From NCBI GenBank assembly GCA_964016885.1, contig OZ024741.1, forward strand, positions 413,354,001 to 413,418,000: DNA of 64,000 nucleotides, in the 5' to 3' direction. Within the stretch, counting starts at the first letter, position 1; every line of letters begins with the position of its first letter. This DNA comes from Eledone cirrhosa. Its lineage: Eukaryota. Both the position numbers and the translations under genes were made by a program. Below are positions 9,065 to 20,350 of this stretch, piece by piece. Below the pieces are notes generated by a model. The model made no database searches. It worked only from the letters and a program-made list of their open reading frames with translations, and had not been told where the DNA came from.

Positions 9065-10807
9065 ATGGCCGAAGCTTCTTCACCAAAATTCGAAGGAGGA
9101 AAGGGGAAGATGAACTTACAGCTTCCCCCTGCCACTGTCACAGTAGCAGAGGTCAAGAAGAAAGGTCAGCCAGAGGAAGAATTCTCTCCACCTGTTAACC
9201 GACAACTTGACGTTGCCATGGCAACAACCCAAAGAACCAGCAGCAACAGCAACAACAACAACAATGTGACAGACGAAAACAACACCAATAACAATAACAA
9301 CAACAACAAGACCAATAACGGTGACAACAACAACAATGATAACAACAACACCACCAACGACAACAACAACACAAACAAACAAAATTTCTCCTTCGCCGAG
9401 ACGACAAGGAAAACCCTCGACTATCTGCCAGTAGATATAACAAAAGCGAAGGAGCTACTGGCGGATGCGAAAACATATATAGTGTACGGGGAAAATGGTT
9501 CATTCACAATCCATTCCCCCCCGGAACTAAAAAGCCAGAGACTCCTAAACACGGTCATGTTTAGGACAATCTCGAACAAAAGTAAAAAACCAGCTCAACC
9601 ATCACAGAGCGAGATAGAGCTGGTTTTAAAAGACGTCATGAAGGACATCACCTTCATTCAGAAGGATAGACTCTACGGGAGTCTATCCATTCTCATGAAG
9701 GACAGGGACACAGCAGTGAAACTGTCCATCAAACCAATCACATCCACCGCATACACCTTCTACCCTACGTACATGGGTAGAAGAACACAAAAAATAAAAA
9801 TCCACACCATCCTGCCGATTATGGACATATGGTGGGTTTTGACAGGTTTTCTGGACCTGGAGGATGACATGCTGGTGTCCATGGGAAAGGCATCGGGTGA
9901 CGCGTTCAGTGGAACGAGCCTCGAACTTGTAGTTCAAATGAGGCCCGAAAGGATCGCCCAGATCGCTGAACGCGTCATACTGGATGATCTAACCTTCATC
10001 AACATTACCGTTGAGGGTAGACGGCCCTCGTGTTACCTCTGCGGAACCAGAGGTCACCTGAGGGCTGTCTGTCCCCAACTTAATAAGAAAACCCCAATCC
10101 TGCCTACACCACCAACAACTGCACAACCAACACAATCACCACAACAACCACTACAAAAACAACCACCACAGCTCAAACCAAAACAAAACAATGTCCAACC
10201 CATCCCCTCCACTCAAAAAACAAAAACAATTTCCAAAACACCCGTACCGCAAACACAACCCGAAAATATACCCCTCCCCTCCAACGCGGAAGATGACCCT
10301 AGTTCGTCGTCAGACGAGGAGGAGCACTTCCACACAATCAAAAGAAAAAAAAGAAAACACACCTCAGACACACAAATGAAAAAAACCCCTCCCCAAAACA
10401 TAACACTGACACCAACACAAAAGAGCTCACAACAACAGCAAACAAAAAGCACCACACAAAAACAAAAACATGCATACACATACATAAATACAAGAAACAA
10501 AAAACTGTTAAACATTGTGTACAACAACAATCTAATAAAAACACAAGGGCCTAACTTCACCCAGGCAGGGGATTTCCCCCACCTCAAAATGATTAAGGCC
10601 CCACAGGACACCTATAAAACTTTAAAAAACAATTTTAAAGAGGACGTGGGTCCCCCCTGCGTCGGGCCCATTAACCGCGTCCTCCTAAAAAACTATCCCC
10701 CCCCCCAAACACCCACACAACTCCAAGCTCCCCAACCACACAACACACTGATGCCCCCACACTTCCACAAACCACCACCCCACCCAACAACCCATCCCCC
10801 ACCCTAA
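9065..10807 (+). CDS. ORF1, gag-like nucleic-acid-binding protein with CCHC zinc knuckle (true stop probably 10848)
   Basis: 580-aa ORF with a CYLCGTRGHLRAVC knuckle and Asn-rich and Pro/Gln/Thr-rich linkers. It is homologous to element 2 ORF1 (TYMGRR, VQMRPER, VEGxRP). Confidence 0.9.
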   Translation: MAEASSPKFEGGKGKMNLQLPPATVTVAEVKKKGQPEEEFSPPVNRQLDVAMATTQRTSSNSNNNNNVTDENNTNNNNNNNKTNNGDNNNNDNNNTTNDNNNTNKQNFSFAETTRKTLDYLPVDITKAKELLADAKTYIVYGENGSFTIHSPPELKSQRLLNTVMFRTISNKSKKPAQPSQSEIELVLKDVMKDITFIQKDRLYGSLSILMKDRDTAVKLSIKPITSTAYTFYPTYMGRRTQKIKIHTILPIMDIWWVLTGFLDLEDDMLVSMGKASGDAFSGTSLELVVQMRPERIAQIAERVILDDLTFINITVEGRRPSCYLCGTRGHLRAVCPQLNKKTPILPTPPTTAQPTQSPQQPLQKQPPQLKPKQNNVQPIPSTQKTKTISKTPVPQTQPENIPLPSNAEDDPSSSSDEEEHFHTIKRKKRKHTSDTQMKKTPPQNITLTPTQKSSQQQQTKSTTQKQKHAYTYINTRNKKLLNIVYNNNLIKTQGPNFTQAGDFPHLKMIKAPQDTYKTLKNNFKEDVGPPCVGPINRVLLKNYPPPQTPTQLQAPQPHNTLMPPHFHKPPPHPTTHPPP

Positions 10808-10872
10808 TGGAAATTGTGCAGCCCGATACCCGGGACGCAGAGAGGTAAGTGCCTTTTCTCTTCACCACCAAC

Positions 10873-13800
10873 ATGGCTATGCTAAGAGTAGGCTGTTTAA
10901 ATGCGCGTGGCCTGGGCTCAACTTGGAAGCAAGCAATGCTTCTAAATGACCTCAGGTCACAACGTATAGATGTGATGGTTATTTGCGAGGCCCGGATCAG
11001 CAACGTGCGACAGCTGGCCCCCACCTTTGATGACTTTGAGATGCACGCATCTCTCTGTCAGCCCGGAGGTGGGGGTGGAGTTGTCGTTCTGCTGCAAAAA
11101 CATCTGGGTCTCGCAACACAGATGGTACATTTGGACCCGGAGGGTCGACTAGTGGTTCTGGACCTTGGCAGTGGTAAAAGCGGAGCGTTTAGGTTGGTAG
11201 CCGCCTACGGCCCTTTCGGGTCAATGCGGCCGGACTTCTTCCGTCGTCTGGAGACTTTTCTAGGGACGTCCCGCTCCTTGCTATTAGTGGGGGACTGGAA
11301 TGGTATCCTAGATGCACGCTGGGACTACGTAGGGGCCTGCCCCGATAGAGAGGGGTGTAATAGCCTCAAAGGGTTAATCGGTCGATTTGACCTGGCCGAT
11401 AGATATCGACTAGATTTTCCGACTGCGCCAACCTGGACTTGGGCAAATCGTAGCGGATCATCATCTAGGTCGTACCTAGATAGGTTCTTAGTTAGAATTA
11501 AGGATAAGGACTTTTTAAGTTGTCCAAAAATGCGCATGGTTGGCTATTCAGACCACAAATTAGTGACCTGCATGGTCAACCTTGACAGAACTCATAGACA
11601 GGGCCCCGGTTACTGGAAGCTCAACTTGTCCTTGCCGGCAAGTAGAGCTTACAGGAATCGGATTAGTACGTTAGTTAAGGAACGGTTGACTGGAGCGATC
11701 GTCAACAGCAGGTGGTGGGTATCTCTAAAGAGAGAGATTAGAGTAGTCTCGATAGAATTTAGTAAGGTTCTAGCTGCGGATAGGAATAGGAAGGAAAGGG
11801 AGCTAATAGATAGAGTAGAAGAGGCAATTAGAAGCGGCGACGTGGCCAGAGTGCTAGCGTCGAGAACGGCTTTGAGCCAGTTTTTCGACGCGAAGCACGA
11901 AGGCTGCGTTGTCCGAAGTAAAATACGTGCTCTAGGGAACGAGGGGACCAAAGCTGTTAGCTGGGCCCGCGTGACAGAGGCCAACAGTGGAACTAAATCC
12001 ACCATCCGGTCTTTGCGGGACCTGGATGGACAGGCGATTCTTGAGCCTAAGCAGATGTGTGAGGCCTTTCAAAGGCACTTTGCCCGACTGTTCGGGAGGG
12101 GCGGGGAGCCGGTTGGGAACGTGGACTTCGGTCCATACCTCGACGGCCTGCCGCGCCTCTCGGACAGGGAGGCGAAGTCCTGCGAGGAGCCGATTTCGGC
12201 TGCTGAGATAGAGGACGTGCTGAGCCAATGCGGCAAACGCAAATCCCCGGGTCTCGATGGTCTTCCTTACGAATTATATCTAGCTATGCCGGACTTGTTC
12301 CCCGATCTCCTCGAGGTGGTCTACTGCAACTGGCAACAGAACGGGAGAATTCCCTGTACTGTCACCAAGGGCGTAGTCACGCTAGTGAGGAAGGACGAGA
12401 ACAAGGGGGACGAAATAAGTAACTTCAGGCCCATAACTCTGCTAAATACAGAGTTACAAATTGTGGCCAAGGTGCTAGCAAAGAGGTTGGCGCTTGTCGT
12501 GGGCAACCTGGTGGGAGATGCGCAGACATGCGCTATCCCGTCCAGGTCCATCCATGACAACCTCCACCTCATGCGATACATCATAGAGAGGGTTGGGAAC
12601 GAACCCGGCTTTGGTGGGGCTCTGATCAACTTGGATCAATCTAAGGCGTTCGATAGGGTCGACCATGGTTACCTGGATGCGGTGCTAGCGGCGGCAGGCT
12701 TCGGACCCGTTTTCAGGGGCTGGATCACTGCTATGCACAGCAGCCGCATCTGCTCTAGGGTCAAGGTGAACGGCTACCTCTCGGAGCCGTTCAAAATCGC
12801 GCGGTCCATCCGACAAGGGTGCCCTCTCTCCTTCCTTCTGTATGTGTTGACTCTCGAGCCACTACTGCGGAAGTTGGAGTTGTTGCAGGGCATCCCTTTG
12901 GAACCGGGATTGCGGAAAGCGGTGTCGGCCTACGCCGATGACGTGACAGTAATGGTGTCGACGGCCTCCGAAATCGAGGCGGTCGGCACCTTACTGGAGG
13001 AGTACGAAAAGTTCACAGGGGCTAAGCTGAACCGGGACAAGTCGATCGGTTTGCAACTCGGCACGTGGAGGGGCAGACCGATGCCCTCCGATGGCGTCGT
13101 CGGACGCTGGACGGAGGGCCCGGTGAAGTTGCTCGGGGTCTGGTTCGGACCGGACCTCCAGGTGGAGAAAAACTGGGCGGAGGTTACGAACAGGGTGTTT
13201 GCACTGACCCAGAAGTGGGCCAGTTGCAAACTATCCCTGAAAGGTCGGGCGGAGGTGGCGAACACCTACATAGCGTCCGTCATCTACTACCGCCTGACCG
13301 TAGTGCCCTGCCCAAGGGAAACCCTCACCAAGATGGAGCGCGCGCTCTTCCAATTCCTTTGGAAGAGGCGGGCTCCTATGGTGAGGAGATCCATCTGCTG
13401 TCAACACCCTTCGAAAGGAGGGCTGGGGATGCCGTGGTTAATGATGCGTAAACACACATTAAGGCTACGGCACCTCTACGTATTCCTCACCGGACAACCG
13501 GTGTGGGCCTCGTTTGTGAGACGAACCTTTCCCAGACTCGTCTCACTCACCGAGCTGCAATCCTGGGTCAAGCAAAGACCGAGAAAACTGGGCGCCTGGC
13601 ACACTGAGTGTGCCCAGGCGCTCACCGCCCTCTGGCAGGCGGATCCGGTTATCAGTGGAGACTCCACCGCAACATTCTATAGAGGGCTGGTACGCAGCAG
13701 GTGCGACGACGCCCTCGGAGAAGCCCTAGACATGGAGGACGACGAACTGGCCAGCCTGTTCGGTAGGACATTCAGCCCGGGACCTATGGACAACTTCCAG

Positions 13801-14313
13801 AAGTCCCTGGCCTGGCAGTGCTTCCGAGGGGCTTTACCCGTTCGAGAAAGGCTCTACAGACACGGGCGCCCGGGTAGGGACCCCGCCAAAAAGATCTGTC
13901 CCAGATGCGTGTGCGACGAGGAAACCGTTGCACACGCATTGGTACACTGCTCGGGCGTAGCCGATCTGTGGGGCTATGTCGAACAACTGCTGTCAAGGGT
14001 GGGACCGATCCGGTTGACCACCGAGTCTATTGTAATGATCAAGCCGCCTCCCCCCTTCAAAGATGAAGCAGAGGCGGTGTTTCTGTGCGTAATAGCCATG
14101 GCGAAAGAGGTTGTATGGTGGACGCGTCTGAAAGGACTGAGGTCAGGCACCTTTCTCTCTGGCCAACAACTGGTCCGTTTCTTCCGATATCATTTCGGAA
14201 GAAGGATCAGGATGGAGAGAGAGGTGCTGCACCCCAGCCGTTTCTATGAAAGATGGGTGAAAGTGGCGAGAATGGCCTGTGTGAATGGGCCTTCACTCTA
14301 CATCAGACTATAG
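10873..14313 (+). CDS. ORF2 polyprotein: APE endonuclease, reverse transcriptase and C-terminal zinc finger
   Basis: Endonuclease motifs CLNARGL, GDWN, SYLDRF and SDH. RT motifs KSPGLDG, FRPITLLN, DQSKAFDRVDH, RQGCPLS and YADD. C-terminal CPRC-x-ETVAHALVHC. The frame is uninterrupted and the first ATG is at 10873. Confidence 0.96.
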   Translation: MAMLRVGCLNARGLGSTWKQAMLLNDLRSQRIDVMVICEARISNVRQLAPTFDDFEMHASLCQPGGGGGVVVLLQKHLGLATQMVHLDPEGRLVVLDLGSGKSGAFRLVAAYGPFGSMRPDFFRRLETFLGTSRSLLLVGDWNGILDARWDYVGACPDREGCNSLKGLIGRFDLADRYRLDFPTAPTWTWANRSGSSSRSYLDRFLVRIKDKDFLSCPKMRMVGYSDHKLVTCMVNLDRTHRQGPGYWKLNLSLPASRAYRNRISTLVKERLTGAIVNSRWWVSLKREIRVVSIEFSKVLAADRNRKERELIDRVEEAIRSGDVARVLASRTALSQFFDAKHEGCVVRSKIRALGNEGTKAVSWARVTEANSGTKSTIRSLRDLDGQAILEPKQMCEAFQRHFARLFGRGGEPVGNVDFGPYLDGLPRLSDREAKSCEEPISAAEIEDVLSQCGKRKSPGLDGLPYELYLAMPDLFPDLLEVVYCNWQQNGRIPCTVTKGVVTLVRKDENKGDEISNFRPITLLNTELQIVAKVLAKRLALVVGNLVGDAQTCAIPSRSIHDNLHLMRYIIERVGNEPGFGGALINLDQSKAFDRVDHGYLDAVLAAAGFGPVFRGWITAMHSSRICSRVKVNGYLSEPFKIARSIRQGCPLSFLLYVLTLEPLLRKLELLQGIPLEPGLRKAVSAYADDVTVMVSTASEIEAVGTLLEEYEKFTGAKLNRDKSIGLQLGTWRGRPMPSDGVVGRWTEGPVKLLGVWFGPDLQVEKNWAEVTNRVFALTQKWASCKLSLKGRAEVANTYIASVIYYRLTVVPCPRETLTKMERALFQFLWKRRAPMVRRSICCQHPSKGGLGMPWLMMRKHTLRLRHLYVFLTGQPVWASFVRRTFPRLVSLTELQSWVKQRPRKLGAWHTECAQALTALWQADPVISGDSTATFYRGLVRSRCDDALGEALDMEDDELASLFGRTFSPGPMDNFQKSLAWQCFRGALPVRERLYRHGRPGRDPAKKICPRCVCDEETVAHALVHCSGVADLWGYVEQLLSRVGPIRLTTESIVMIKPPPPFKDEAEAVFLCVIAMAKEVVWWTRLKGLRSGTFLSGQQLVRFFRYHFGRRIRMEREVLHPSRFYERWVKVARMACVNGPSLYIRL

Positions 14314-14576
14314 GTGAGGAAGATGAAAGACCAAGGGAGCACCCCTTCTCTGTGCTCCTGAGGAGAAGGGTTGCACACTTTTTTCGGGGGTGTGTGCGAC
14401 CCCCCAAGGCGCCTCCTCTCTATTGAGGATTTTGTTATAAATTTTATTTTTTGTTATATCTTATTTTACTTTTATATTTTGTTATTGCCTCCTCCTTATT
14501 GAGGACGCCTTTTTGTGTAAACTCCCCCCTTTGTACTTGTCCCACTTTTGATGCCCTAGTGGCAAATAAAAGAAAC

Positions 14577-14662
14577 ATATCTATATATCTATAACTATCT
14601 CTATCTCTATCTTTCTCTCTCTCTCTCTATCTACCTATCTATCTATCTATCTCTCTATCTCT
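14577..14662. repeat. (CTAT)n/(CT)n microsatellite between the two Tx1 elements
   Basis: Direct reading. Confidence 0.9.
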
Positions 14663-14876
14663 GGGATGGACACATGTGTTAAACTTGCTTGGTAAGTTTT
14701 GTTTAAATATCTTTAGAAATTCGTCATTGTGAACTTTTATTTTTATACCAATTTGTAGAGGGACTGACAGATCAAATTTTGATCTGGTCAGTCTCCCAAA
14801 ATATCGTGCCCTTTAGGGCAAAAACATCCAACATATTTTCTAAAATATTTTTGCAAAACACTTCAATTTTTAAAAA

Positions 14877-16761
14877 ATGGCCGAAGCAAAGGCACCTACT
14901 TCTTTGTCAATACAAGAAGATGGGAAGGGAAAGCCATGCCTACTTGACCAGCAGGTAGTAGCAGACATGGACAAAGGAATGCCAATATTATCGCCTCAAC
15001 ATTTAGAAGGGGAACAAGCTTCAGTTGCTTGAAAGCAACTGAACACGCCTGACGTCACAAACGTCACATGTATCCACACAGAGAAGGAAGTATATGTAGC
15101 AAATACTAACACCACCACAAGCAACAACAACAACACAATAAATGAGAACAACAACAACACAACAAAGTGGCAACACAACACATGAGACCATCATCACCAC
15201 CAACAACAATAACAAAATTTCATTTGCAGCAACCGTTGCTAAGCAAAAGGATTTTAAATATTACTCCATGGACATTTCCCAAAAGTCCCAATATTTGGAA
15301 GAAGCTTCCACCTATGTGATGTTTGAGGGAGACACCCCACGCATACACATACCTCCACAAGTAAGAGAAATGACACAGAAAAAGAAGCTAATTTATAGAA
15401 CAGTTGACATCACTACCAAAAAGCCCATAACGCTCCCAACAAGCACTATTGATGCTGCACTAAAAGATATCAAGCCAGACGTGGCATACCTCCAAAGAGC
15501 TAAACAGTATGGAAGTGTGTCAGTGCTCTTTAAGAGTGAAACTCTGGCTCAAAAACACTTGGTGCATCCAATAAAAACGGATCAACACATCTTCTTCCTC
15601 ACATACATGGGAAGAAGATCATACAAAATAAAAATAACCAGAATCCCAGCAGAGGTCAACATACGGTGGATCCTATGCTACATCCTGAAGAAGGATGAAG
15701 ATACCCTCCTATCTGTAGACAGAACAGACCGGAATAACTGGTTTGGAACCAGCATCGAGGTTCTGGTACAAATGAGGCCAGAGAGAGTTGAGAAAATACC
15801 GGACAGGATCGTCCTTGAGGAAGATGTCATCTCCATTTTAGTGGAGGGGAAAAGACCTCAGTGCCATTAGTGTGGGAAAACCACACACTTAAAGGCCTTT
15901 TGCCCTCTCTTAAACAAACCTAGGACAAACAAGGTGTTATTACCAACACCAAAACCCCAACATCAACATCCCAAATCAAACACAACACAAAAACCTGAAA
16001 CATCCACTCCCACTCCACCACAGACCAGAGACAACCACACACACAAAATCCCACTGAAAAACCCTCCATTGCCTCCTCCCTCCCTGTCAAATACTTGCAT
16101 AAACACCTGCACAAACACTCCACCACACAACATACCCCTCCAATCTACCCCTGATTCAGAAGTCTCAGACACGGGAACCTCTACATCTCCAAGTGAGAAT
16201 GAAGAGGAACTCCAAAAATCCAAAAAACAAAAAAGAGACAAAAAAAAACACGAAAACAAAAGCATCTACAGAAAACACGCACACACTCAACCCCACCATA
16301 AACACACTGCCACAAACGACAAACACACCAACAACACAATCACCACCAACACAACCAAACACTTCACCAACAAAACAAACACCCACATCACCACAATCAC
16401 AAACCCCAACCACAAAAAGAAAACTACAAACAGAAACAGTGCACATAAAAAACAAAACACATTACACATACATAAAAGCAAGAAACAAAGAACTGGTAGA
16501 AACTGTCAGAAAGGACCCTACTATCCAAACGGAAGTGAAAACCTTCCCCACCAACGACCCACCCCCAAACCTCAAACTGATCAGGGTAACAATCCTACAA
16601 CATGAAACATTGAAAGGGACCTTCCCACATGATGTGCCCCCCCCCCCTCTTGCCAAAAACCTCTTAACCGTGTCCTGCTAAAAGGATTCCCTCCCTCCTC
16701 AAACACCCACAATCTTGACATGGAGATCGAACAACCCGACCTCCAGGAAACGAAAAGGTAG
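14877..16761 (+). pseudogene. Element 2 ORF1 pseudogene
   Basis: It starts MAEA like element 1. It has a TGA near 15030, a TAG inside the knuckle (CH*CGKTTHLKAFC, 15868-15870) and frameshifts, and it ends ...MEIEQPDLQETKR*. Confidence 0.85.
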
Positions 16762-16801
16762 GTGTTCCTGCCTTTCCTCTCCCTAACTCTTCTTCACCAA
16801 C

Positions 16802-19800
16802 ATGGTGACTATACAAGTTGAATGTTTGAATGTACGTGGCCTGGGCATGCCCTGGAAACGGGGCCAGCTTTTAAATGATCTCAGGTCATATTGTATAGAT
16901 GTGACAGCCATCACCGAGTCCAGGATTCACGACAAGCAGCAGCTAAACCCCATGTTCGATGACTTTGAGATCAACGCATCTCTCTGTCAGCCAGGAGGTG
17001 GAGGGGAGTTGCTGTTCTGTTTCGAAAAAATTTGGATCTCAAAGCACAAACGATTCACTTGGACCCGGAGGGCAGCTTGGTGGTCCTGGACGTGAATGGT
17101 TGTGAAGGTGGAGCTTTCAGACTCGTGGCCGTATATGCCCCGGCTGGGACATCGCGACCAGAGTTCTTCAAGCGTCTGGAGCCATTCCTGGGAACATCTC
17201 ACTCCTTAGTGTTAGCAGGGGACTGGAATGGCATCTTAGATGCACATTGGAACTATGTAGGAGCATGTTATAGTAGATGGGATGTAATAGCCTAAAAGAT
17301 CTCATCAGCCAATTCCAACTGGCTGATAGATATCGACTAGACTTCCCAAGTGTACCACTGTGGACGTGGAGCAACCACACTGGGTCTTTTCGATTGTATT
17401 TAGATAGATTTTTAATTAGACAGAACGATAGGGAAACATTAAACTGTCTACAAATGCACATGGTTGTCTAATCAGACCACAAATTAGTCACCTGCGTAGT
17501 CAACCTTGATAGAACACATAGACAAGGCCTACAGTAAATGGATTAGCACCTCAGTTAAGTGCCAGTTGACGGGGGCGATCGTCAACAACAGGTGGTGGAG
17601 CTCTCCCAAGAGAGCAATTTGAATCAAATCGATAGCATTTAGCAAGGAAGTAGCTTTAGAAAAAAACAAAACCGAAAAGGAACTGGTAGCTAAAGTAGAA
17701 GAGGTACTTAGGAATGGCAGTACAGCTGATGTGCTAACGGCGAGAATGGCACTAGACTAGTTCTTCAATGTGAAATACGAAGGTTGTATTGCCAGAAGTA
17801 GAACACGTGCTCTAAGAAACGAGGGAGTCAAAGCTGTTAGCTAGGCCCAAGTGGCAGAGGCGAAAAGTGGCAACAAATCCACAAAGATGGACGCATTCTA
17901 CTTGAATCCAAGCAGATGTGCACGCCCTTCCAGCAGCATTTTGCACAACTGTTCGGGCAAAGCGGTACATCGAGCGAGGTGATGAACTTCAGCTCCTACC
18001 TCGACAGCGTACCACAACTCTCGAGCATGGATGCGGAGAGCTGCGAAAGGCCGATCACAGCGGGCGAAATAGAAGATGCCCTAGGCCGCTATGGCAAACG
18101 CAAATCACCTGGTTTAGATGGTCTACCCTATGAGTTTTACATAGGCATGCCAGACTTGTTCTCTGGCGTCCTCGAAGCAGTCTACTGCAACTGGCAGCAG
18201 AACGGGAGGATTTTCAGTTCTGTAGGCAGAGGCGTAGTAACGCTGATCAGGAAAGATGAGAACAATGGGGATGTGATAAGCAATTTCAGGCTCATAACTC
18301 TGCTCAACACAGAGTTGAAGATTTTGGCCAAGGTTTTAACAGCAAGGCTGGCGTTTGTCGTCGAGAACCTGGTAGGGGAAGTCCAAATGTGTGCAATCCC
18401 GACCAGGTCCATACACGACAATCTCCACCTCATGCGATATATCATAGAGAGGGTAGGGTGTAAACCTGGCTTCGGTGGGGCTCTGATCAATTTAGATCAG
18501 TCTAAGGCGTTCGATACGATCGACCATCAATACTTGGAAGCGGTTCTCAATGCGGCTGGCTTCGGTCTCGTCTTCAGAGGCTGGATCGCTGGCATGCACA
18601 GCAACATCTTCTCGGCAGTCAAGGTGAATGGCTACCTATCAGAACCATTCCAAATCATGCGTTCCATCCGTCAGGGATGCCATCTCTCCTCCATTCTGTA
18701 TGTACTGACTGTCGAGCCATTACTGCGGAAGTTGGAGCTGTTGCAGGGCATCCCGATTGAACCAGGACTGCAGAAAGCAGCGTCGGCCTATGCCGACGAC
18801 ATAACCGTAATGGTGTCGAAAACCTCGGACATCGGGGTAATCGGCAACCTATTACAGGAATACGAAACATTGACAGGAGCAAGACTAAACTCAAAAAGTC
18901 TGTTGGTTTGCAGCTCAGCACATGGAGAGGCAAACCCATGCCTTCCAACAGTGTCATTGGACGCTGGACGGAAAGACCAGTGAAATTGCTTGGGGTCTGG
19001 TTTGGTCCAGACCTCCAGGTGGACAAGAACTGGAATGAGGTCACGGCGAAGGTGTTTGCACTCACCCAGAAGTGGGCTGAGTGCAAACTCTCCTTGAAAG
19101 GTCGAGCGGAGGTGGCGAACACGTACATAGCATCTGTCATCTACTACCGTTTGACAGTCATGCCTTGTCCCCGCGAATACCTCACCAAAATGAAACGCCT
19201 ACTCTTCAAGTTCCTCTGGAAGAAACAGGCTCCATTGGTGAGGAGATCCATATGCTGTCAACACCCTTCTAACGGAGAGCTGGGCATGCCGTGGCTGATG
19301 ATGCGCAAGCACGCGCTGAGGCTACGCGATCACCAGGTGATCCTGACCAGCGAACCGGTGTGGCTGTCGTTTGTGAGAGGAGCTCTTCCACAACTCATCT
19401 CACTAACAGAGCTGCAGTCCTGGGTCAAGCGAAGACCGAAAATGGGCGCCTGGCACCTCGAGTGCCTTCAGGCGCTCACAGCCCTCTACCAAGCGGAAAC
19501 GGCAATCAGCGGAGACTCCACTTCGACATTCTATAGGGGATAAGTGTGACAACGTTCTCGGGGAAACTCTAGGCATCGAGGAAGACGAACTGACCAGTCT
19601 GTTCGGGAGGACTTTCCGTCCAGCGCCTATGGATAACTTCCAGAGGTCTCCGACTTGGCAGTGCTACCGAGGAGCTCAACCAGTTCGACACAAAATCTAC
19701 AGGCACGGACGCCCTGGCAGAGATCCTGCTAAAAGGACCTGTCCAAGATGCGAGCAGAACATCGAAACCATTCTGCATGCAATTGTTCAGTGCCCAGGGA

Positions 19801-19879
19801 TGACCGACCTGCTGAAAGGTGGGTGAATGTTGCGAAAATGGCCCAAGTGAATGGGCCTTCTCTGTATATAAACCTGTAG
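16802..19879 (+). pseudogene. Element 2 ORF2 (EN-RT) pseudogene
   Basis: Fragments 16802-17095, 17032-17295, 17277-17471, 17916-18983 (YADD), 18908-19543 and 19629-19826 align with element 1 ORF2. There are several stops and frameshifts, plus deletions near 17530 and 19812. Confidence 0.92.
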
Positions 19880-20314
19880 GTTGAGGAAGATAAACAGAGG
19901 GAGGACGGGAACACCTACAAAACGTGTTCCTGATGTTGAGGGTTGTTCTATCCACGGGGTGTAAAATAACCCTTCAATAACGTTACCCCCCCCCCCAATG
20001 GGGATTTCAATTGTTTTATTTTTATATAGTTTATTGTTATTTTTCATTGTTAAAGATTTTATGTAAAACCCCCGCCGTCACGTCTTGTAATATCACATTT
20101 TTGTACGCCCCTGTGGCAAATAAAGAAAGATATCTATCTATATATATATATATACAATACCCAGAGGGTGGCTATTATACATACATTCCTCATATACAAT
20201 GTACTATATAATTATTATAGTGCTATATACACTTCAGAGAGAGTTTTTCCTTCTTTCTTCTCTTATTTCTTTGTAGTGTAGAAATATTTGAAGTTAACAC
20301 TTGAAGCATAACAG

Positions 20315-20315
20315 A

Positions 20316-20350
<35 letters not shown>

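Larger units (their letters stand above)
8852..14575 (+). mobile_element. Full-length, near-intact L1/Tx1-clade non-LTR retrotransposon (element 1)
   Basis: The 5' end GGGATGGACAC is shared with element 2. It has ORF1 and ORF2 and a 3'UTR ending AATAAAAGAAA. A 23-bp flanking duplication TATCTATATATCTATAACTATCT lies at 8822-8844 and 14578-14600. Confidence 0.95.
14663..20130 (+). mobile_element. Full-length but decayed L1/Tx1-clade retrotransposon (element 2; diverged sister family)
   Basis: It has the same 5' end and colinear ORF1 and ORF2 remnants. The 3' end AATAAAGAAAGA is followed by TATCTATCTA. Confidence 0.93.

Noticed and set aside
10805-10809. TAATG stop-start coupling to a separate 13-aa ORF
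   Set aside because: Element 2 shows that this peptide is the in-frame C-terminus of ORF1, so the overlap is probably a by-product of the C-run indel.
8852-20130. Segmental tandem duplication, or an LTR element, explaining the two similar units
   Set aside because: The copies are too diverged, each has its own precise ends in the microsatellite, and they encode an APE endonuclease with no integrase or LTRs.
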